64,000 nt of DNA from an uncultured Poribacteria bacterium. GTDB taxonomy: Bacteria; Poribacteria; WGA-4E; WGA-3G. Where the stretch lies: the NCBI GenBank assembly GCA_958296135.2, contig CATQHZ020000001.1, positions 1,472,001 to 1,536,000 on the forward strand. Direction: 5' to 3'. A model generated the notes under the pieces. It was not told the DNA's origin, made no database searches, and was given only the letters and a program-made list of their open reading frames with translations. Positions 58,719 through 64,000 of the stretch are shown piece by piece. The first letter of the stretch is position 1; the number at the start of each line of letters is the position of its first letter. Position numbers and translations under genes: made by a program.

Positions 58719-60153
58719 AATTTCGGTTAGAAATTTTGGCCCGATAGTTGAAGGCACGGTGGATTTGCGTCCGCTGATGGTATTTGTCGGTCCGAGCAAT
58801 ACTGGGAAAACCTATTTTGCGACGCTTCTCTATGCGTTGCACGGCGTTTCTAGCGGTTTCTCGCGCTTCTTGTTGCCGAGAGCACTCGGGGGTCTGATTG
58901 AGAAATTCGGCGGACGTTCTCGTACCGCGCTTTCGGCTGCTTTCGCAGCGTCGTCACTGGAAGAAACTCGCCGTATCGTCAACAAATTGATGGAGAGCGG
59001 CCGGCCTTTCACCTTCAGGGATCTGCCACAAGCTACGCGTGAGTTAGTGCAGGAGAGTTTCAAGCAATCGGAACTTTTTGGGCAGGAGTTGGCGGCAGAG
59101 CTCATCCGTTGTTTTGACATCAAAGCCGTTTCGGAGATGATTCCGTTAACCGAAGAAAATGAGATGGCGGTAGGGTTGAGAGTCAGTGAGGAAATGCAAG
59201 AACTCTGGCAGTTCAAGATGCGGGCGACGGATTCGGATATCAACACGGAGAGCGCGTTCAACGAGGATATGGTTATCCTCTCCAAGGAGAATTGGCGCGG
59301 GAAGAAGAGTCTCAGCCATGACGAGCTCTCAGTCCTTTTTCCAGAATTTTTCCATGGGCTGAAGGGTGCAGCACGCCAGCGTTACTATTTGCCGGCTGCT
59401 CGGAGCGGCATTATTCAGAGTCACCGTATCATTGCAAGTTCGCTTGTTGAGCGGGCGGCGCGTGTGGGTTTGGCCCCCTTGGAGGTTCCAACGTTTTCAG
59501 GCGTGATAGCAGATTTCATGAAAAACCTCATCCTCTACGATGAATCTGATGAGCCTGATGAGCGGATAACTTCCCTTGCTGATGCCTTGGAGTCAGAAGT
59601 TCTTGCCGGACAGATATTCATGAAGCCCGGGCGCGGAGGATATCCGGAGTTTTTCTATCGGACAAAAAAACTGAAAGAGGCGGTTCGTTTGACTCGGGTT
59701 TCGTCAATGGTATCTGAACTTGCGCCATTAGTGTTACTGCTCCGCGGCGGCATCGGTCCAGGGGATACGCTCATCATTGAGGAACCGGAGGCTCACTTGC
59801 ATCCGGGGGCTCAGTCAGAAATGGCGGTAACTTTAGCGCGCTTAGTCCGCGCGGGGGTGCGTGTGGTGCTCACGACGCACAGCGACTGGTTGCTCAAAGA
59901 GATTGCGAACCTGATTCGGCTGGGTGAACTCAAGCAGAAAGGCGGATGCTGGGAGGATGGGGACATCCGGACGAATTGGCTGTTACCGGAGGAAGTTGGA
60001 GCGTGGTGGTTTCATGAGGGAGACGCGGTAAAGCCTATTCCGTTCAACCGCGGTGTCGGCGTGGAACCGTCGGATTATGAAGACGTAGCTGATAAACTCT
60101 ATAACAGGTCCGTTCATCTCCAAGACCGGCTTGAGGAAATTGATAGGAGGTAG
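58672..60153 (+). CDS. AAA_15/AAA_21-type ABC ATPase
   Basis: RNFGPI, GPSNTGKT, YLPAARSG, SSMVSEL, IIEEPEAHLHP, TTHS. Confidence 0.88.
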   Translation: MSMREIKQCHTPPNVEISVRNFGPIVEGTVDLRPLMVFVGPSNTGKTYFATLLYALHGVSSGFSRFLLPRALGGLIEKFGGRSRTALSAAFAASSLEETRRIVNKLMESGRPFTFRDLPQATRELVQESFKQSELFGQELAAELIRCFDIKAVSEMIPLTEENEMAVGLRVSEEMQELWQFKMRATDSDINTESAFNEDMVILSKENWRGKKSLSHDELSVLFPEFFHGLKGAARQRYYLPAARSGIIQSHRIIASSLVERAARVGLAPLEVPTFSGVIADFMKNLILYDESDEPDERITSLADALESEVLAGQIFMKPGRGGYPEFFYRTKKLKEAVRLTRVSSMVSELAPLVLLLRGGIGPGDTLIIEEPEAHLHPGAQSEMAVTLARLVRAGVRVVLTTHSDWLLKEIANLIRLGELKQKGGCWEDGDIRTNWLLPEEVGAWWFHEGDAVKPIPFNRGVGVEPSDYEDVADKLYNRSVHLQDRLEEIDRR

Positions 60154-60159
60154 GAACAG

Positions 60160-60687
60160 GTGATATTGAGTGAAGTTCTTGGCGAAATTCGGAGGCAGGT
60201 AAGTGGGCAATGCCTTTGTCATTCGTGTAGTGGCGACGGATGCCGTGTCTACCTGACTGATGTCCCGCCCGAGCGGGTTATCGTCGATCTGGAATGTGAG
60301 TTTAGACAGCGCAAAACACACACGCGCCGATGTGATTATGTCTTGTTCTACGCCGACGTTGCACAAAGTAGTCTGGTTATCGTCCTGATTGAACTCAAGA
60401 GCGGCACTTTCAAAGCATCGATGGTGGCCAGCCAATTGCAAGGTGGGGCTGACTATGTTTCAGACATATTTGGACGTTTGAACGAAGAAGTCCGTTCGGC
60501 TCTCAGCGCGTTCAAAACTACCTGCGTTCCGATTCTGTTTCACGGCGGTGGAATGGATAGGGCGCAGCGCTACAAACTTGAACGTGCCAAAGTCCGCTTT
60601 CGGAACCAGAATGCAGCGATTAAGAAGAGTAAATGCGGACAAAGCAGGAATTTGGCAGCGGTTTTGTCCGATGCCGGTAATCTCTAA
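60160..60687 (+). CDS. Hypothetical protein, PD-(D/E)XK nuclease-like
   Basis: RRCDYVLF...LIELKSG...QL motif; GGAG RBS 6 nt after the ATPase stop region. Confidence 0.65.
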   Translation: MILSEVLGEIRRQVSGQCLCHSCSGDGCRVYLTDVPPERVIVDLECEFRQRKTHTRRCDYVLFYADVAQSSLVIVLIELKSGTFKASMVASQLQGGADYVSDIFGRLNEEVRSALSAFKTTCVPILFHGGGMDRAQRYKLERAKVRFRNQNAAIKKSKCGQSRNLAAVLSDAGNL

Positions 60688-60704
60688 TCTGCTGAAGGTT
60701 TGGC

Positions 60705-61808
60705 TCAGTTCCGATTCCGCGCTGCAACCTCCCACGTTTCCCGGCAATACCCATCTGTATCCACCACATAGTAAAATTGATGCAATGCCACCGAAGGGCA
60801 GATATGCGTCGGACAGACGTAGACTTCCTGTCCGATGCAAACGGAGTTCCCCGCTGGGACGTTAGCTGCCCAGTGTTCCTCATGCTGTTTGTCTACCTCA
60901 GCACTGGGCACGTTTAAGATGACACCGCGCACGCCGTCCGGGTCTGCAGCGATGGCTTTGTGCCCTAAATCTAGGGTAAAGCGGTTTTCGGTAGGAATGC
61001 TAATGACGCGGCTTAGCAACAACGCCGCGGGCGTAAACCCGAGGTCTGGGTAACGCGTAGCATAACCGGCATCGTGGAAGACGAACGTGCCGGGCGATGC
61101 CTCAACCCCCGGTGTCTTTGCATAAATGGGGAATGTGGGTGTGCCGCCCATAACGACTAAGGGCACGTTGAGGCCCTTGGCAGTGAGTCTATCCTGCATT
61201 TCTTCGACCTGGGCGAGACTGTGGTTGCAAGAGACGCGGCGTTCGGCGATGTCTTCATCGTGGATATGCCCATCGTAGACGTGCAATCCCCACGGTTCCA
61301 ATCCAGCAGCACGTTCGATCTGCGCGTATATCTCCACGGCGGCATCGCCAATGGAAATGCCGGTGCGATTCATTCCGACGTTCAGGTCGAGCATGACTTT
61401 GAGGGTTAACCCGTGCTTCGTCATCGCGGCAGAGAGGGCAGCGACGATGTCGGGATGGTCTGCCAGAATCTTGAAATCGGTATTCGGGAACGCTTGCTGT
61501 AGCGAAACGAGCCGAGCGATATTTGGGCCGACTAGTTGATACGCGATCAGAATATCCTCGACTCCCGCCTGCGCCAGCATTTCCGCTTCGCGCAAAGTGG
61601 AGCATTTGTGCTTGAGGATGCCTGCCTCGCGCGCCAGCGCGACAACCTCCACTGTCTTATGCGTCTTGACGTGCGGCCGGAGTTTGGAGGTATCTCCTTC
61701 GACGAGCGCGATGGCGCGTGCAATATTCTGCTTGACAATTGCTAAATAAACGACGAGCGAAGGGCTCGGTATCTCGTTAAGGTTGTGGATGCGATATTTT
61801 ATGTCCAT
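60705..61808 (-). CDS. D-TA family PLP-dependent enzyme (D-threonine aldolase/D-serine dehydratase-like)
   Basis: LRPHVKTHK, VGMNRTG, YDGH, EEH, PTHICP. Confidence 0.9.
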   Translation of the reverse strand: MDIKYRIHNLNEIPSPSLVVYLAIVKQNIARAIALVEGDTSKLRPHVKTHKTVEVVALAREAGILKHKCSTLREAEMLAQAGVEDILIAYQLVGPNIARLVSLQQAFPNTDFKILADHPDIVAALSAAMTKHGLTLKVMLDLNVGMNRTGISIGDAAVEIYAQIERAAGLEPWGLHVYDGHIHDEDIAERRVSCNHSLAQVEEMQDRLTAKGLNVPLVVMGGTPTFPIYAKTPGVEASPGTFVFHDAGYATRYPDLGFTPAALLLSRVISIPTENRFTLDLGHKAIAADPDGVRGVILNVPSAEVDKQHEEHWAANVPAGNSVCIGQEVYVCPTHICPSVALHQFYYVVDTDGYCRETWEVAARNRN

Positions 61809-61811
61809 TTT

Positions 61812-62366
61812 TTACCTACCATTAAACCGATTCATTGCGGTGAGAATTCCGTCACTGACGAAGGTTTCAATCGCTTCAACGGCGCGTTGGATGGCTTCTT
61901 CTATCGCCGGTTCCTCTGCTTCTGAAAATTCGCTGAGGACATAATCTACCTGCGCGCCGGTGGGTTCTCCAACCCCGATGCGTAAGCGCGGAAACTCATT
62001 TGTGTGCAGGCTGCCGATGATAGACTTCATGCCGTTATGGCCGCCGTCGCTTCCCTTCCGGCGCATCCGAATTGTGCCGACATCCAAGTGAATATCGTCA
62101 TAGACGACACAGAGTTCCGTGGGCGGCACTGCCAGTTGATTCACTAGTGCTGCGATGGCTCTGCCGCTGTTGTTCATATAGGTAAGCGGCTTTGCAAGGA
62201 CAATGGGTGTTTCGTGAAGCGTTGTCTCCATGACGAGAGAGTTGTAGCGCGGTACGATTTTGTTACGTCCCCGCTCCATCAGGGTGTCAAGCACGCGAAA
62301 ACCGACGTTATGTCTCGTGTTTGCGTAGCGCGGCCCGGGGTTTCCCAACCCGATGATGAGTTTCAC
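61812..62366 (-). CDS. pth: Peptidyl-tRNA hydrolase
   Basis: GLGNPG..TRHNVG, KPLTYMNNSG, GGHNG, RLRIGVG. Confidence 0.96.
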   Translation of the reverse strand: MKLIIGLGNPGPRYANTRHNVGFRVLDTLMERGRNKIVPRYNSLVMETTLHETPIVLAKPLTYMNNSGRAIAALVNQLAVPPTELCVVYDDIHLDVGTIRMRRKGSDGGHNGMKSIIGSLHTNEFPRLRIGVGEPTGAQVDYVLSEFSEAEEPAIEEAIQRAVEAIETFVSDGILTAMNRFNGR

Positions 62367-62469
62367 AGGTTTGTTTCTCCATCAGGACTCATACCAAATT
62401 AACTACTGTAGTTTGGGCTCGCAACCCTCCGATGTTAGTGACATAAGAAGTTGCGTCAGGTTATCCGTG

Positions 62470-63030
62470 TTAAAACCGCAAGGGTTGCGAAAGATTCAGG
62501 TGCCCGGCAAGTGTCTCAACTTCGTTACCATCAATGAGAAACTGCACCTGTTTGATTTTATCTGGGAATGCGTCAAAGACAGTTTTCAGGATAGCCGCCA
62601 CGGTCAGAAATTCTGCTTGGGTTCCGCCGATGTGTCCGTCGGTGAGGTGTCGTGAAAAATCCAAATAAGCGGTGCCTTGGCTATCGACATAGACTTCGTG
62701 AAGTTGGGTTCCGCCTGGGATGGGGTTTCTGAAGTTGGGTGGTTTCGCCTGAATGAGTGCTGTGACTATCTGTTTGAGGCGTTTGGTTCTTTCTGCGTAG
62801 AGTCGCCGGTCGGTTTTCACGGGGACGAGTTTGAGCGTTGTGGGTTGTAAAAGAAAGAGGTTGACATTTTGAGGCGGCGGCGTATCAGTTGGGTTTGCCG
62901 CTGCTGGCAATGGGGGTGGCGGCAGCGGAATTGCTGTCAGCTTTGACTGGGAAATCAGGTATAGCGTTGCGGCGAGTCCAATTGCGATGCCGGCTAAGGT
63001 GATGCCCCATACTAGCAAGAGTCTTTTCAT
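62470..63030 (-). CDS. GerMN domain protein
   Basis: N-terminal TM, IPGGTQL, AYLDFS, VQFLIDG..TLAGH. Confidence 0.85.
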   Translation of the reverse strand: MKRLLLVWGITLAGIAIGLAATLYLISQSKLTAIPLPPPPLPAAANPTDTPPPQNVNLFLLQPTTLKLVPVKTDRRLYAERTKRLKQIVTALIQAKPPNFRNPIPGGTQLHEVYVDSQGTAYLDFSRHLTDGHIGGTQAEFLTVAAILKTVFDAFPDKIKQVQFLIDGNEVETLAGHLNLSQPLRF

Positions 63031-63153
63031 TGGTTTTACCTCTATCCTTTTTCTTGTGCAGGCGAGGGACAGTGGACATCTCTGCAGCGGGATTGCAGAG
63101 ATGACAACGTTGAAGGTAGCGTGCTAACGCGGGGCGACACACGCACATTTTCT

Positions 63154-63248
63154 GTAGGCGTGACCGTAACGGCCCTCGCCCTACGGTAAAGGCTGCTGAG
63201 AGATGCACGGCGAGGGCCAAAAACGAAGGAAAGTCCCTCGCCCTACGG
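63154..63248. repeat. REP family A cluster
   Basis: Two CCCTCGCCCTACGGTAAAGG copies and CACGGCGAGGGCC. Confidence 0.75.
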
Positions 63249-63273
63249 TAAAGGGCAAATTTGAAATCAACGA

Positions 63274-64000
63274 TTACTGGCTAACGGAAGCGCGGTATGT
63301 CTGGATAGCACGGGCGATTGCCTGCGCTATGCTTGTAATATGCTCTCGGTTGGCGAGTCTGCCTGAATCTTCCGCATGAGAGAGGTATCCGAGTTCCACC
63401 AGCACGGCCGGCATATAGGCCTTTGACAATGCCACAAGCGGTAATTCGGTGATGACTACCGGGGTTTCTGTCAAGAAATTGAGTTCCTTCTGCAGCACTG
63501 CGGCAAATTCTTGGCTCTGTTTCAGAAAATTGGCTTGGGATAAAATCTTTAATCGGTTTCCAGTCAGCGTTGAATTCGCAGCGGTTGGGAAACGGAGTTG
63601 CCCTTTGGGGTTATTGAGGTAAATCCGAATGCCTTTTTCCTGCGGTGAAAAGGAGGCGTTGCAGTGTAAACTGAGCAAGAGTTTGCCCTGATTTCGGTTT
63701 GCAATCCGAAGACGCTCAAGCTGCGTTTTTTTCACATCCGTTTCACGGGTAAGGTGCACCTGATATCCGTGCTGTCTGCTGATGATTTGGACTTGTCTCG
63801 CCAGCGCGAGGACGACATCTTTCTCAAGAAGCCCGGTGCTGCTTTCACATCCCCGGTCGGTTGGGCCGCCGTGCCCCGGGTCGATGATGACTGTCCATTC
63901 TGGCGCGGTTCCTGCCTCGGAAGGTTCCCAGACAGTTTTCGGCATGAGCCGGATGCGCTGTAAACTGGGATTGTAAAGCACCTCGATGTCGTCTAGAACA
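63274..64000 (-). CDS. N-acetylmuramoyl-L-alanine amidase (Amidase_3), 5' end outside the window
   Basis: IIDPGHGG, EKD, LSLHCNA, PAVLVELGYLS. Confidence 0.88.
   Translation of the reverse strand, partial: VLDDIEVLYNPSLQRIRLMPKTVWEPSEAGTAPEWTVIIDPGHGGPTDRGCESSTGLLEKDVVLALARQVQIISRQHGYQVHLTRETDVKKTQLERLRIANRNQGKLLLSLHCNASFSPQEKGIRIYLNNPKGQLRFPTAANSTLTGNRLKILSQANFLKQSQEFAAVLQKELNFLTETPVVITELPLVALSKAYMPAVLVELGYLSHAEDSGRLANREHITSIAQAIARAIQTYRASVSQ

Noticed and set aside
63222-63248. RNase P RNA (GGAAAGTCC motif)
   Set aside because: The motif is part of a REP family A hairpin; other rnpB motifs are absent.
95-63976. Numerous short antisense or overlapping ORFs in the track
   Set aside because: Shadow frames of GC-rich genes without motifs or RBS.

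Overview
Bacterial chromosomal window, probably from Candidatus Poribacteria or a relative. This is inferred from secreted LamG/TolB-like proteins ending in V[DEA]PxxKLATxWxxLK, ASPIC/UnbV and PorV-like proteins, and abundant GTAG-type REPs. Core genes are mutS2-dnaG-rpoD-tRNA-Ile2-tRNA-Val, tRNA-Gly, nadE, ccmC/ccmD, map, miaB, mutS, pth and GerMN/amidase. Interspersed accessory genes are a Type IIG-like restriction-modification enzyme, a fused PIN toxin-antitoxin, a DGQHR protein, a sacsin/HNH protein, an OLD-like ATPase, a SNF2 helicase, an ATPase plus PD-(D/E)XK pair and two solo IS607-type tnpB elements. Highlights: (1) both tnpB elements carry the same covarying 5' leader RNA with a loop-loop pseudoknot; (2) one element sits exactly between the Shine-Dalgarno and ATG of mutS, so its predicted guide is the mutS start; (3) intergenic REP families have invaded about eight protein-coding genes in frame and supply stop codons to others; (4) NadE is of the eukaryotic NADSYN1/Qns1 type. 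All calls come from reading the sequence by eye; no searches or folding programs were run.
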